Shown in pieces: positions 11,085 to 21,586 of a DNA stretch of 64,000 nucleotides (within the stretch, counting starts at the first letter, position 1; the number at the start of each line of letters is the position of its first letter). The DNA lies in contig NZ_JMCB01000019.1 in NCBI RefSeq assembly GCF_000737315.1, positions 124,001 through 188,000 of the forward strand. Direction: 5' to 3'. Under the pieces are notes generated by a model, which was not told the origin of the DNA, did no database searches, and saw only the letters and a list, made by a program, of their open reading frames with translations. Made by a program: the position numbers and the translations under genes. The DNA comes from Hyalangium minutum (GTDB lineage: Bacteria > Myxococcota > Myxococcia > Myxococcales > Myxococcaceae).

Positions 11085-12113
11085 ATGACGTCCCCTACCC
11101 TGCTGCTGACCGATCCGCTGTTCCTCAAGCACAAGCCGGGCCCAGTCCACCCGGAGAGCCCCGCCCGGCTCCAGAGCATCCTGTCGGTGCTGGCGCGCGC
11201 TCCGGTGGAGGGCACCCAGGTGGGCCAGCCCCGGTCGGCCACGGAGGCGGAGCTCTCGTGGGTGCATACACCGGAATTGCGCAAGTACCTGTCAGGACTG
11301 GCCGGGGAAGAGGCCGTCATCGACCCAGACACCCGCACCTCCGAGGACAGCTACGACGCGGCGGTCCTGGCCGCGGGCGCGGCGGTGCAGGCGGTGGACG
11401 AGGTGCTGGCGGGCCGGGCGCGCAATGCCTTCGCGCTGGTCAGGCCCCCGGGGCACCACGCCGAGCCCGGCCGCTCCATGGGCTTCTGCCTCTTCAACAA
11501 CGTGGCCATCGCGGCGGAGGCGGCGCGACGGCGCGGGCTGGAGCGCGTGCTGGTGCTGGACTGGGACGTGCACCACGGCAACGGCACCCAAGCCGCCTTC
11601 TGGGAGCGGCGGGACGTGCTCTACCAGTCCGTGCACCAATACCCGTATTACCCAGGCACGGGCGCGCCGCACGAGGTGGGCGCGGGCGAAGGGAAGGGCT
11701 TCACCGTCAACTGTGGCATCCCCGGCGCCGCCACGGACAAGGACTACCAGGCCGTCTTCGAGGAGCTCTTCCTGCCCATCGCCGAGGCGTTCCGGCCGCA
11801 GCTGGTGCTCGTGTCCGCGGGCTTCGATGCGCACCGGGCGGACCCCATCGGAGGAATGCTCGTCACGGAGCGGGGCTTTGCGGCGATGTGCTCGGCGATG
11901 AAGTCCCTGGCGGAGAGCGTGTGCGACGGCAGGCTGGTGCTTCTCCTGGAGGGCGGCTATTCGCTGGAGGGACTTTCCCAGTCCGTACATGCCTGCGTAG
12001 AGGTGCTCGCGGGCCGGCGGGACAGCTTCCCCACTGGGGAGACGACCTCGGACGCGATGAGGGCGCTGGCCCAGAGCCGCGAGGCGCTCAAGCCCTACTG
12101 GCCGAACCTCTGA
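11085..12113 (+). CDS. Histone deacetylase family protein
   Basis: HPESPARL, RPPGHHA, GFCLFNN, DWDVHHGNGT, SAGFDAH, LEGGY. Confidence 0.95.
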   Translation: MTSPTLLLTDPLFLKHKPGPVHPESPARLQSILSVLARAPVEGTQVGQPRSATEAELSWVHTPELRKYLSGLAGEEAVIDPDTRTSEDSYDAAVLAAGAAVQAVDEVLAGRARNAFALVRPPGHHAEPGRSMGFCLFNNVAIAAEAARRRGLERVLVLDWDVHHGNGTQAAFWERRDVLYQSVHQYPYYPGTGAPHEVGAGEGKGFTVNCGIPGAATDKDYQAVFEELFLPIAEAFRPQLVLVSAGFDAHRADPIGGMLVTERGFAAMCSAMKSLAESVCDGRLVLLLEGGYSLEGLSQSVHACVEVLAGRRDSFPTGETTSDAMRALAQSREALKPYWPNL

Positions 12114-12128
12114 CGCCGGGCCCCGGGC

Positions 12129-12527
12129 CTACCAGGAGGCCACCCCGGGCTGCCGTTCCTGGGGCATGAAGCGGGCCACGGTGGACAGGAGCGCATCAAG
12201 GTCCAGTGGCTTCGGGAGGTAACCATTGACCCCGAGCCGGGAGACCTCGGCGGCGCTGAGGCCCTGTCCGGAGACGATGATGACGGGGATGTCAGCGAAC
12301 TCCTCCTGGGAGCGCTGCCACGCGCGGAAGGCCCACCCGCTCACGTCGGGCATCATCAAGTCCAACAGGATGAGGTCCGGACGCAGGCCCTGCCTCAGCG
12401 CCTCCCGGGCCTCGCGCCCGCTGGCGGCGGTGACGACGTGGTAGCCCTCCATCTCAAGGGCGTCCTGGAGCGAAAACAAAATGTCGTGGTCGTCATCGAC
12501 GACGAGCAGGCTCCTCAGTGGCTCCAT
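12129..12527 (-). CDS. Single-domain response regulator (CheY-like)
   Basis: LLVVDDD, LILLDLMMP, YLPKP. ATG at 12527 with a GGAGGAGAGG RBS. Confidence 0.9.
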   Translation of the reverse strand: MEPLRSLLVVDDDHDILFSLQDALEMEGYHVVTAASGREAREALRQGLRPDLILLDLMMPDVSGWAFRAWQRSQEEFADIPVIIVSGQGLSAAEVSRLGVNGYLPKPLDLDALLSTVARFMPQERQPGVASW

Positions 12528-12688
12528 GGCCCTCTCCTCCCTGCTATTCAGGGTGAGGACGATGACCCGGCCCTGCCACCAAGCCCCCTCTGCCCCGTGC
12601 CCGCAGGGAGACCAGGCAAGGTCACTCGCACGATCGCCCGAGCGTACATACCTAAAAGTACACGAAGGTTTTCCCACCGCTCGGCGCA

Positions 12689-14593
12689 ATGACTCCAGGC
12701 ACTTCCACCCATGGCATGAACAACTCCAGCGATGGGCATGACCGAGGTGTACGTCACGAAGCTCCCGGTCCTCGCGGGCCCGATACGTGGGAGCAGACAA
12801 CCCCGGAAAACTCCCTGCACCTGCTCTCCGAGGCCGGCCGCCTGCTCTCCCAGCGGACGAGAGGGCTGCGCCGCATGCTCCGGGACGTGGCCCGCCTCAC
12901 CACGGTGCATGGCCTGGCCACCTTCTGCCTGGTGGACCTCGTCACGCCCGAGGGGCAGCCGCAGCGGGTGGCGGCGGTGCACACGGATCCCGACCAGGAG
13001 GTCCGGCTCCGGGCCCTCGCCTGTCACCCGCGCTCGGACACGGCGTGCAGCCCGTGGCTGGAGGTGATCCACACGGGTGTGCCGCAGCGCTTCGTGGACT
13101 TCCCGGTGGAGATCCGCCGGCAGATGGGTGTGCTCCCGGAGCCCCTCGTGGCCCTGGAGGAGTTCGCGCCGCGCTCGGTGCTGATGGTTCCGCTGAAGGG
13201 GCGCCGGCGCGTGCTGGGCCTGCTGCTGCTGGGCCGGTGCGGGCCCGAGCCCGCCTATGGCCCGATGGACCTGGAGGTGGCCGAGGAGCTCGCGCGCACG
13301 GTGGTGGCGGCGATGGAGACCCGCAGACTGGCGCGCCGGGCGCGGCGGGCTGAGCGCCGGGCCCGGTTCATCGCCCGGGCGAGCCAGGCGCTGGCGGCCT
13401 CGCTCGACTTCCGCGTGACGCTGGACCGGGTGGCGCAGCTGGCGGTGCCGGTGGTGGCGGACCTGTGCACGGTGGACATGCTCGAGGAGGATGGGACGAT
13501 CCGCCGGCTCGCGGTGGCGCACCGGGCGCCGGAGAAGGCGGCTGTGGCCTGGGAGTTGGAGCACCACTGGCCCTCCCGGCTGGATGATGCGTACGGACCA
13601 GGCCGGGTCATCCGCGAGGGCCAGCCGGAGCTGCGCGGCGATGTGCCGGACTCGAAGCTGCCCCGGGCGGCGCGGGACGGAGAGCACCTGCGCGCCCTGC
13701 GCTCACTGGGGCTGGAGTCGTACCTCACCACTCCGCTGCAGGCGCGCGGGCGGACGCTGGGAGCCATCACCTTCGCGTATGCCGGCTCCCACCGCCGCTA
13801 CCGGCAGGCCGACCTGCGGCTGGCCATGGAGCTGGCGTCGCGCGCGGCCCTGGCGGTGGACAACGCCCTGCTCTACCGCGCCTCGCGAGAGGCGGTGCGA
13901 CTGCGGGATGAGTTCCTCTCGGTGGCATCGCACGAGCTGAAGACGCCGCTCACGCCGCTGAACCTCCGGCTGCAGACGCTCCGGCGCGAGCTGGAGCGGA
14001 AGGGAGCACCGCTGGACCCGCTCCGTATTAAGGAGCACGTCGCGGTGCTACAGCGCCAGTGCAAGCGGCTGTCGACGCTGGCGGAGGGCCTGCTGGATGT
14101 GTCCCGCCTGGAGGCGGGCCGGCTGGTGCTGGACCTGGATTACGTGGACCTGTCGGCGCTCATGCGCGAGGTAGTGAGCCGGTTCGCAGCGCAGGCGGAG
14201 CGGACGAGCACGCTGCTGGAGGTGACCGCGCCGGAGCCCGTGGTGGGGCGCTGGGACCGCATCCGGCTGGAGCAGGTGGTGAGCAGCCTGCTGAGCAACG
14301 CGCTCAAGTACGGTGCGGGCCGCCCCATCCACATCAGCGTGGAGCAGGTGACCACCGGAGCACGGCTCACGGTGCGGGACGAGGGCATCGGCATCTCTCC
14401 GGAGCACCTGCCGCGCATCTTCGACCGCTTCGAGCGGGCGGTATCGGCGGAGCACTTCGGCGGGCTGGGGCTGGGGCTGTACCTGACGCGGCACCTGGTG
14501 GAGGCCTTTGGGGGGACCATCCGAGCCTTGAGCGAGCCGGGCAAGGGCTCCACTTTCGAGGTGAACCTACCACTGGCCTCACCGGCGGCTTGA
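12689..14593 (+). CDS. GAF-GAF sensor histidine kinase
   Basis: Two GAF-like repeats, H-box SHELKTPL, NALKY, DEGIGI, GLGLGL. Start uncertain. Confidence 0.9.
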   Translation: MTPGTSTHGMNNSSDGHDRGVRHEAPGPRGPDTWEQTTPENSLHLLSEAGRLLSQRTRGLRRMLRDVARLTTVHGLATFCLVDLVTPEGQPQRVAAVHTDPDQEVRLRALACHPRSDTACSPWLEVIHTGVPQRFVDFPVEIRRQMGVLPEPLVALEEFAPRSVLMVPLKGRRRVLGLLLLGRCGPEPAYGPMDLEVAEELARTVVAAMETRRLARRARRAERRARFIARASQALAASLDFRVTLDRVAQLAVPVVADLCTVDMLEEDGTIRRLAVAHRAPEKAAVAWELEHHWPSRLDDAYGPGRVIREGQPELRGDVPDSKLPRAARDGEHLRALRSLGLESYLTTPLQARGRTLGAITFAYAGSHRRYRQADLRLAMELASRAALAVDNALLYRASREAVRLRDEFLSVASHELKTPLTPLNLRLQTLRRELERKGAPLDPLRIKEHVAVLQRQCKRLSTLAEGLLDVSRLEAGRLVLDLDYVDLSALMREVVSRFAAQAERTSTLLEVTAPEPVVGRWDRIRLEQVVSSLLSNALKYGAGRPIHISVEQVTTGARLTVRDEGIGISPEHLPRIFDRFERAVSAEHFGGLGLGLYLTRHLVEAFGGTIRALSEPGKGSTFEVNLPLASPAA

Positions 14594-14657
14594 CGCAGGC
14601 CAGCACGTGGCCCAGCGTGCGCGGCCGTCGAGCGGCGCTCACGCAGGAGGGGCACGG

Positions 14658-15419
14658 ATGGCTGAGACAAGATACGGAACGGCCCTCATCACCGGGGCCT
14701 CGAGCGGGCTGGGGTACGGACTGGCGCTGTGGTTCGCCAAGCGCGGCACGCGGGTGTTTGCCGCAGCGAGGCGGCTGCAGAACCTCCAGGCGCTCGCGGA
14801 GGAGGCCCGGGCGGCGGGCGGCACCGTGGAGCCGGTGGAGATGGACGTCTCTCGCACGGACGAGACGATGGCGCACCTCCAGAAGATCGACGCGGACTGC
14901 GGCGGGCTGGACCTGGTGGTGGCCAACGCGGGCGTGGGGCTGGACACCAACGGCAAGCGCTTCAAGTGGGAGCGCGCCAAGCAGGTGCTGGAGGTGAACG
15001 TGATGGGGGCGGCGGCCACGCTGAGCGCGGTGCTGCCACAGATGGTGGAGCGCAAGCGCGGACACCTCGTGGGCGTCTCCAGCCTCGCGGGGTTCCGGGG
15101 GCTGCCGAAGAACGCGGCCTACTCGGGCTCGAAGGCATTCCTGAGCACGTTCATGGAGAGCCTGCGGGTGGACCTGCGGGGCACGGGGGTGCGCGTCACC
15201 TGCATCTACCCGGGCTTCGTGAAGACGGACATGACGGCGCCCAACAAGCACCCCATGCCGTTCATGCTCGAGGCCGCCGAGGCCGCCGAGCTCATGGGCA
15301 AGGCCATCGTGCGCGGCCAGACGGTGTTCTCGTTCCCGTGGCAGACGCGGGCGGCGATGGGGGTGGCTCAAGCCCTCCCCAACGCCGTGTTCGATCCGCT
15401 GATGCGCAAGCTGCGCTGA
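14658..15419 (+). CDS. SDR family oxidoreductase
   Basis: ITGASSGLG, NAG, YSGSK. RBS AGGAGG upstream. Confidence 0.92.
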   Translation: MAETRYGTALITGASSGLGYGLALWFAKRGTRVFAAARRLQNLQALAEEARAAGGTVEPVEMDVSRTDETMAHLQKIDADCGGLDLVVANAGVGLDTNGKRFKWERAKQVLEVNVMGAAATLSAVLPQMVERKRGHLVGVSSLAGFRGLPKNAAYSGSKAFLSTFMESLRVDLRGTGVRVTCIYPGFVKTDMTAPNKHPMPFMLEAAEAAELMGKAIVRGQTVFSFPWQTRAAMGVAQALPNAVFDPLMRKLR

Positions 15420-15423
15420 CGGG

Positions 15424-18105
15424 CTACTGCTGGCCCATCAGGAACTGCCGCTCGTCGATCTGGCCCTTCTGAGGGGTGACCTCCTTCGGCTCGGTCCCCT
15501 TCTTGAAGTACATGATCTTCATGCCCTTGGAGCTGTCCGAGGCGATCTTCCCCGTCTTCGAGTCGATCGGCAGCTTCACCAGATCCATGCTCTGCCACGG
15601 GTAGAACTCCGGCTGCGGCCGGTCCGCGATGGCCTTCTTCATGTACTCCAGCCAGATGGGCAGCGCGGCGCGGCCACCCGTCTCGAAGCGGTTGAGCGGG
15701 TGCGGGTTCAAGTCGTAGCCCACCCACGCCACCGTGACGAGATCCCTCGTGAAGCCGGAGAACCACGTGTCGAACGAGTCGTTCGTGGTGCCCGTCTTGC
15801 CCGCGGTGGGGCGGCCCAGGCGCTGAGCCGGACCGCCCGTGCCCTCGAGCACCACGCCGCGCATGAGGTGGGTGATGATGAAGCCGGTCTCCGGGCTCAT
15901 GACCTGCTCGCCGGGCTCGAAGAGGCGCGCGTAGCCGGAGGCAACGCGATCCTGGAGCGGGGCCCACGGATCATCGAATGCGGTGTGGTCCTCGAGCGTG
16001 CGGCCGAAGCGATCCTCGATCTTGCGGACGAAGTACGTGGGCTTCTTGCGGCCGTAGCGGTTGAAGGTGGCGTACACCTGGGCCAGTTCCACCGGGTAGA
16101 CGCACGAGGAGCCGAGCGCGGCGGAGAAGTCCATGTTCATCGGCGTGGACAGGCCCAGCGTCTTGGCCCACTCGGACATGTTCTTGGTGCCGATGGCGCC
16201 GAACGTCTTCACGGCGGGGATGTTCATGGAGTTGATGAGCGCGTTGCGCAGCAGCACGTCTCCGACGAACTCCTCGGTGTAGTTCTCCGGCTTCCAGGAC
16301 ACCTTGTTGTCCGGGTCGTGCTCGACGATGGGCGAGTCCACGATGATGGTGGCCTCGGTCCACTTCAGCTTCTCGATGGCGGCCGAGTACACCAGCGGCT
16401 TGTACGAGCTGCCAGGCTGGCGGCACGCCTGAAACGCGCGGTTGAACTCGTTGTCGTCGAAGTCGTACCCGCCCACCATGGCGGTGAGGTACTGCCGGTG
16501 CGGGTCGATGGAGACGAGCGCGCTCTGGGGCTCGGGCAGCTGCTCCAGCCGGAAGAGGTAGGGGCCCTTGCGGGAGGGCTTGGCCGCCTCGGCGGTCTTC
16601 GCGTCGGCCTCCTCCGGGGCGATCTCCTCCTCACCCTCCTTGGGAGGCTCGGCGGGCTTCTCCTCGTCGTCGGGGATCAGCGCGGCCATGCTCTTGTCGT
16701 ACTGCTCCTTATCGTCCCACAGGCCCTTCTTCTTCACGTGCCGGACGACGATCAGGTCTCCCTCGTTCACGGCCTTCTTCACCGAAGAGATCATCCCGCC
16801 CACGGAGTAATAGGACTCGGGGTTGACCTTGCGGGCCCAGCGCATGCCGAGCAGCGGCAGCCGGCCGGCGTACGGGCCCACCTGGATGTCGGCGCCCTTG
16901 CCGTCCGCGTCGATCTTCGTGACGACGGCGACATAGAGCCGGTTGAGGATGAGCTCCTCCTTGGCCATGACCTTCTTGGAGCGGTCAATGAAGGCCTTGC
17001 GCTCGTCCTCGGACAGGGGCTTCTCGGTGAGAGGCCCGCGCCAGCCCTGGCGCTTGTCCAGCGTGAGCAGGCCGCGGAGCACCGCCTCCTGCGCGGCGCG
17101 CTGCCGCTCGCTGTCCATGGTGGTGAAGACCTTCAGGCCCTGCTCCAGCAGCGCGGGGTTGCCGTAGCGCTCGACGATGTCGCGGCGGGCCTGCTCGACG
17201 AAGTACGGGGCGAACTCGTGGAACACGTCCTCCACGGGGTAGACGTTCACGGGCTCGGCCGTGGCCTCGTCATGCTCCTTCTGGGTGATCATCCCCTCCA
17301 CGAGCATGCGGCGCAGCACGTACTCGCGGCGCTTCTTCGCGGCCTCCGGGCGCAGGAACGGCGAGTAGCGGCTGGGCGCCTGGGGCAGTCCGGCGATGAG
17401 CGTCATCTCGCCCAGCGTCAGGTCCTTCACGTCCTTGCGGTAGTAGTTCTCCGCCGCGCTCTGCACGCCGTAGCTGTGGTGCCCGAGGAAGACGTTGTTC
17501 AGGTAGAGGTAGAGGATCTCCTCCTTCGTCAGCGCCGCCTCCAGGCGCATGGCGAGGATGGCCTCGCGAATCTTGCGCTTGGGCGTCTTGGCGGTGGCCT
17601 CCTTGTAGCCCTCGGCGGCGATGAGGACCGCCTTGGCCGTCTGCTGCGTCAGGGTCGAGCCACCCTGCACGCCGCCGCCGCGCAAGCCCAGCTTGGTGAG
17701 CACCGTCTTCGTGACGGCGCGCGTCGTGCCCAGCACGTCCACGCCGAAGTGGTCGAAGAAGCTCGAGTCCTCGCTGGCGATGAAGGCCTGCACCAGGCGC
17801 TTGGGGATGCGCTCATAGGGCACCACCTTGCGCCGCTGGTTGTAGAACTCGCCGGCCAGCACCGCGTCGTCCGTGTAGACCTCGGTGACGATAGGGGGCC
17901 AGTACTCGTCCACCTTGGGGATGGCCGGCAGGCCCTGCGAGAAGATGTAGTACACCGCCAGCACGCCTACGGCTCCGGCGGTAGCGCCCGTGAGGGTCAG
18001 CCATCCCAGGAGCTTGAGGGGAAAGAGCCACCAGCGAGGCTTCTTGCCTTCGGTGAGGACAAGCTTCGAGCGGCGGCGGTCGATGTTCGGAGTCGGAGTG
18101 CTCAT
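15424..18105 (-). CDS. mrcA: Class A penicillin-binding protein 1A
   Basis: Glycosyltransferase motifs EDxxFFDHFG and GGSTLTQQ; transpeptidase RQPGSSYK, SMN, KTGT. ATGA overlap with the rluA-like gene. Confidence 0.9.
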   Translation of the reverse strand: MSTPTPNIDRRRSKLVLTEGKKPRWWLFPLKLLGWLTLTGATAGAVGVLAVYYIFSQGLPAIPKVDEYWPPIVTEVYTDDAVLAGEFYNQRRKVVPYERIPKRLVQAFIASEDSSFFDHFGVDVLGTTRAVTKTVLTKLGLRGGGVQGGSTLTQQTAKAVLIAAEGYKEATAKTPKRKIREAILAMRLEAALTKEEILYLYLNNVFLGHHSYGVQSAAENYYRKDVKDLTLGEMTLIAGLPQAPSRYSPFLRPEAAKKRREYVLRRMLVEGMITQKEHDEATAEPVNVYPVEDVFHEFAPYFVEQARRDIVERYGNPALLEQGLKVFTTMDSERQRAAQEAVLRGLLTLDKRQGWRGPLTEKPLSEDERKAFIDRSKKVMAKEELILNRLYVAVVTKIDADGKGADIQVGPYAGRLPLLGMRWARKVNPESYYSVGGMISSVKKAVNEGDLIVVRHVKKKGLWDDKEQYDKSMAALIPDDEEKPAEPPKEGEEEIAPEEADAKTAEAAKPSRKGPYLFRLEQLPEPQSALVSIDPHRQYLTAMVGGYDFDDNEFNRAFQACRQPGSSYKPLVYSAAIEKLKWTEATIIVDSPIVEHDPDNKVSWKPENYTEEFVGDVLLRNALINSMNIPAVKTFGAIGTKNMSEWAKTLGLSTPMNMDFSAALGSSCVYPVELAQVYATFNRYGRKKPTYFVRKIEDRFGRTLEDHTAFDDPWAPLQDRVASGYARLFEPGEQVMSPETGFIITHLMRGVVLEGTGGPAQRLGRPTAGKTGTTNDSFDTWFSGFTRDLVTVAWVGYDLNPHPLNRFETGGRAALPIWLEYMKKAIADRPQPEFYPWQSMDLVKLPIDSKTGKIASDSSKGMKIMYFKKGTEPKEVTPQKGQIDERQFLMGQQ

Positions 18106-19067
18106 GACGGTTCCAGCGCAGCTCTTCTGAGTATGTCCTTCAGCTCTGGAGGCAACTGCGCCTCCACCGTCACCTTCCCACCGTGTTGGGGGTGCGGAAA
18201 TTCGATGCGCTCGGCGTGCAGGAACAAACGTTTCAAGCCCCACCGGGCCCGCACATCCCGGTTGAAGGCAAAGTCACCATACTTCTTGTCTCCCGCAACG
18301 GGGTGCCCCACTGCGGCCAGGTGCCTTCTTATCTGATGCGTGCGCCCTGTCTCGATGGAGCAGGAGAGCAGCGCCACCTCGCTCGACTGCCGGATGACCT
18401 TCCATCGGGTGAGGGCCTCCTGCATGTTCACCCCTCGACGGGCCTTGGACTCGGCCGTCTGCTGGTGCTCCGACAACGGCAAGTCGATGACACCCGAGTC
18501 CTTCGGCATCTTCCCCTTCACCAGGGTGATGTAGCGCTTCCGCGATTTACCCTCAGTGAAAACTTCCGTGAAATGCACCATCGCCGGGCGGCGCTTGGCC
18601 ACGAGGATGACGCCGGAGGTCTCCCGGTCGAGCCGATGTGCGGGGGAGGCGGTGAAGTCGTTGCGGACGGCCTTGGGCCCCAGGTAGGCACGCACATAGT
18701 CCACCAGGGTACCCCCCGTAATTCCGGAGCCGGTGTGGACGGCCATGCCGCTGGGCTTGTCGACGGCCATCATCCAGTCGTCCTCCAGGAGGATGACGAG
18801 CTCGGAGGGGTCCACGAGGGGTGGCGGGGGTGGGGTGCGGGGCCCGGACTTGGCGGGACCTGTTAGCTGCTGCTCATCTCCGCGGATGGCGATGACGTCC
18901 CCGGGGGCGAGCAGCTGCTCGGGCTGGGCCCGCTTGCCGTTCACGCGGACCTTCTTGACCCGGATCATCTTGAAGAGATGGCTGGTGGGGACGTTGGGCA
19001 AGCGCTTGCGCAGGTACTTGTCCAGGCGCATGCCGTTACTGTCCTCTTCGATTCGGTACTCGATCAT
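18102..19067 (-). CDS. RluA-family pseudouridine synthase with N-terminal S4 domain
   Basis: RLDKYL S4 domain, HRLDRETSG, TGRTHQIR. Confidence 0.93.
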   Translation of the reverse strand: MIEYRIEEDSNGMRLDKYLRKRLPNVPTSHLFKMIRVKKVRVNGKRAQPEQLLAPGDVIAIRGDEQQLTGPAKSGPRTPPPPPLVDPSELVILLEDDWMMAVDKPSGMAVHTGSGITGGTLVDYVRAYLGPKAVRNDFTASPAHRLDRETSGVILVAKRRPAMVHFTEVFTEGKSRKRYITLVKGKMPKDSGVIDLPLSEHQQTAESKARRGVNMQEALTRWKVIRQSSEVALLSCSIETGRTHQIRRHLAAVGHPVAGDKKYGDFAFNRDVRARWGLKRLFLHAERIEFPHPQHGGKVTVEAQLPPELKDILRRAALEPS

Positions 19068-19111
19068 TTGTTCTTTGCACGGGACCAGACCACACGAATA
19101 ATGGCTGGTCC

Positions 19112-20572
19112 ATGCCGAAGGCTCCCAGTATCGAGAAGCTGCTTCAAAGTGGCTCGGCCGAGTGGAACAAGCTCCGCAAGGCCGGCCAGGTGCCCACCGA
19201 CCATACAGGCGCCACGTTCACCCAACTCTTCTCCGCGAACGCGGACCTCTCAGGGCTCGAGCTCGTGGGCTCGGAGTGGGAGCGGTGCGACCTGTCGAAG
19301 ATGAACTTCCGGGACGCGGACCTGTCGAACGCGTACTTCCACGGCGGACGGTTGCAGGACTGTGACTTCCGCGGTGCGAACCTCGAGGGGGCGACCTTCG
19401 AGAAGCTGAAGTTGCTGCGCTGCGACTTCACGGGAGCCACGGGACTGGACGACGTCGAGATGGAGGACGTCGACATGGACCGGGTGGTGGGACTGGATGG
19501 CGAGGAGGCCCCTCCCCCGCCGCCTCCCCCAGCCCAGGGGATTACGGCGTTCACGCGTGAGCAGCGCGAGAAGGCGCTGGGCGCGGCGGCCGCGGCCGTG
19601 GTGGGCCCGCTGCAGGAGGAGCTGCCTCCGTTCAAGCCGCAGGATCCGCCGGGCGCGCTGTTCTTCCGGGCGCTGAAGCGCCAGGCGGCTCCGCCGGTCT
19701 GGGTGCTGGACGTGCCGGGCTTGAGGCCGCTGGTGCCGCAGCGGCTGCCCCCGGGCTCGTCGCTGGAGGCCATGTACCGCGAGGCGGTGAAGTCCCGGCT
19801 GGAGAACAAGAAGCCGGGGGCGGACCCGAACGCGGTGGAGCGGGCGCAGAAGGCGCTGCGGATGGGCGGGAAGGACGCGGCGGTGGCGGCCATGTACCTG
19901 CGCGAGGTCGGCGTGCTGCCGCTGTTCCGGTTCTCGGCGGCGAAGGTGCTGAAGGACGCACTGCGGGCCGAGGTGGACGTAGATGACCTGACGGGCGCGA
20001 TTGATCCGCGGGTGACGGGCGCGCTGCTGGAGCTGCGGCTGACGCACGAGGTGGTGGAGCACCTGCAGGAGGCACGCAAGCGGCTGGCGGCGACGCAGTT
20101 GTACACGGCGCTGCTGGAGGCGGGCTTCAACCCGGAGAACAACTGGGAGGAGGCGCTGGAGTCGGCCGAGCCGGCGATGGAGCTGGCGCAGGCGGCGACG
20201 GCGGAGAACCGCAACGCGCTGTTCGAGGGCTTCCAGGTGTTCGCGGCACTCCCGGAGGAGGCGCGGCTGCGACGGCTGGCGTACCTGGCGGAGACGGTGT
20301 CGAACCTGGAGCTGGTGAGCCGGCTGCCAGAGGGCATGGAGCCGCAGTGGCTGACGGGCCCCGAGACGCGCGAGTGCCACGAGCGGGAGATGACGTACGT
20401 CCAGGCGCTGAAGGCGGCGGACATCCCGGTGAAGGTGGCGGCGCTGGCGAAGACGGAGCTCGGCGTGCCCGAGGGCGAAGTGCCCGAGGACAGCGACGAC
20501 GACCTCTTCATCCACCTGCGCTGTGACGTGTGCGGCAAGGAGAAGCTGATCGTCCAGTCCCAGGTGGACTGA
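19112..20572 (+). CDS. Pentapeptide-repeat protein with a long helical C-terminus and terminal CxxC
   Basis: ADLSG/ADLSN/ANLEG repeats at the N-terminus; ends HLRCDVCGKEK. Confidence 0.75.
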   Translation: MPKAPSIEKLLQSGSAEWNKLRKAGQVPTDHTGATFTQLFSANADLSGLELVGSEWERCDLSKMNFRDADLSNAYFHGGRLQDCDFRGANLEGATFEKLKLLRCDFTGATGLDDVEMEDVDMDRVVGLDGEEAPPPPPPPAQGITAFTREQREKALGAAAAAVVGPLQEELPPFKPQDPPGALFFRALKRQAAPPVWVLDVPGLRPLVPQRLPPGSSLEAMYREAVKSRLENKKPGADPNAVERAQKALRMGGKDAAVAAMYLREVGVLPLFRFSAAKVLKDALRAEVDVDDLTGAIDPRVTGALLELRLTHEVVEHLQEARKRLAATQLYTALLEAGFNPENNWEEALESAEPAMELAQAATAENRNALFEGFQVFAALPEEARLRRLAYLAETVSNLELVSRLPEGMEPQWLTGPETRECHEREMTYVQALKAADIPVKVAALAKTELGVPEGEVPEDSDDDLFIHLRCDVCGKEKLIVQSQVD

Positions 20573-20581
20573 GCGAGGCGT

Positions 20582-21478
20582 CTACTCCGCGAGGACTTCC
20601 CGGGCCGTGTCCAAGAAGGCCCGGAACGCCGGGGAGACCTGGGTGCGGCTGGGGAAGAAGAGGAACAGCCCTGGCACGTGCGCCGCGTAGGGCTCGAGCA
20701 CCAGCCGCAGGGTGCCGAGCTTCAGCTGGGCCGCCACCGAGGGCTCGAAGGCGTACAGGAGCCCCAGGCCCTCCTGAGCCATGGTGATCATCAGCCGCTC
20801 GTTGTTGCACGTGAACGGTCCACGGACCGGGACGCGCCACGTCTTCTTTCCCTGCTCGAGCTCCCACGCGTAGGACGCCCCCGTGCCAAAGCGGTAGCAG
20901 ATGCAGTCATGCGTGAGGAGATCCTTGGGCCGCTTGGGGACGCCCCGCCTCTCCAGATAGGACGGTGCGCCGACGACGATGAACCGGCTGGCCTCCGTCA
21001 GCCGGACGTGCACCATGTCGCGCTCCAGAAACTCCTCCAGCCGGATGCCGGCATCGAAGCCCTCGGCGACGATGTCGATCCGCTGGTTGTCGACCTGAAT
21101 CTCGAGCTCGACCTCGGGGTAGCGCTCGGCGAACCGGGGCACCAGGGGCGTGATGACGGGCAGCACGGAGATGTCGGGCACGGTCAGGCGGACCCTCCCT
21201 GTCACGGTGCCCCGCTGAGAGGACGTGTTCTTCATGGCCTCGAGGGCCTGGTTGACGGCCGGACTGGCTTGCTCGAACAAGCGGCGGCCCGCTTCGGTGA
21301 GCGCCACACTCCGGGTGGTCCGTGAGAGCAGGGTTACCCCCAGCCGGGACTCCAGCTGCCGGACGGACTGGCTCAGGGCAGAAGAAGAGATGCCCAGTTC
21401 CTTCGCGGCGGCGGCGAAGCTGCGGCGCCGAGCGACCTCCAGGAACTGGTTCAGGGCATTGAGGGGCGTGAAGGCCAT
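20582..21478 (-). CDS. LysR-family transcriptional regulator
   Basis: SFAAAAKELGISSSALSQSVRQLE HTH; divergent from the ADH gene. Confidence 0.93.
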   Translation of the reverse strand: MAFTPLNALNQFLEVARRRSFAAAAKELGISSSALSQSVRQLESRLGVTLLSRTTRSVALTEAGRRLFEQASPAVNQALEAMKNTSSQRGTVTGRVRLTVPDISVLPVITPLVPRFAERYPEVELEIQVDNQRIDIVAEGFDAGIRLEEFLERDMVHVRLTEASRFIVVGAPSYLERRGVPKRPKDLLTHDCICYRFGTGASYAWELEQGKKTWRVPVRGPFTCNNERLMITMAQEGLGLLYAFEPSVAAQLKLGTLRLVLEPYAAHVPGLFLFFPSRTQVSPAFRAFLDTAREVLAE

Positions 21479-21586
21479 TCTGAAGATTTCCTAAAGAGCA
21501 CGTCCACATTCTGCCTGTTTCGCGAAACGAATCTCCAGAGCAGATTTGGGACCCATCCATCCTCACGAACTCAAACGGAGTCACCG

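Noticed and set aside
16580-16680. Acidic low-complexity insert in PBP1A
   Set aside because: It is a short disordered loop with no evidence of a separate function.
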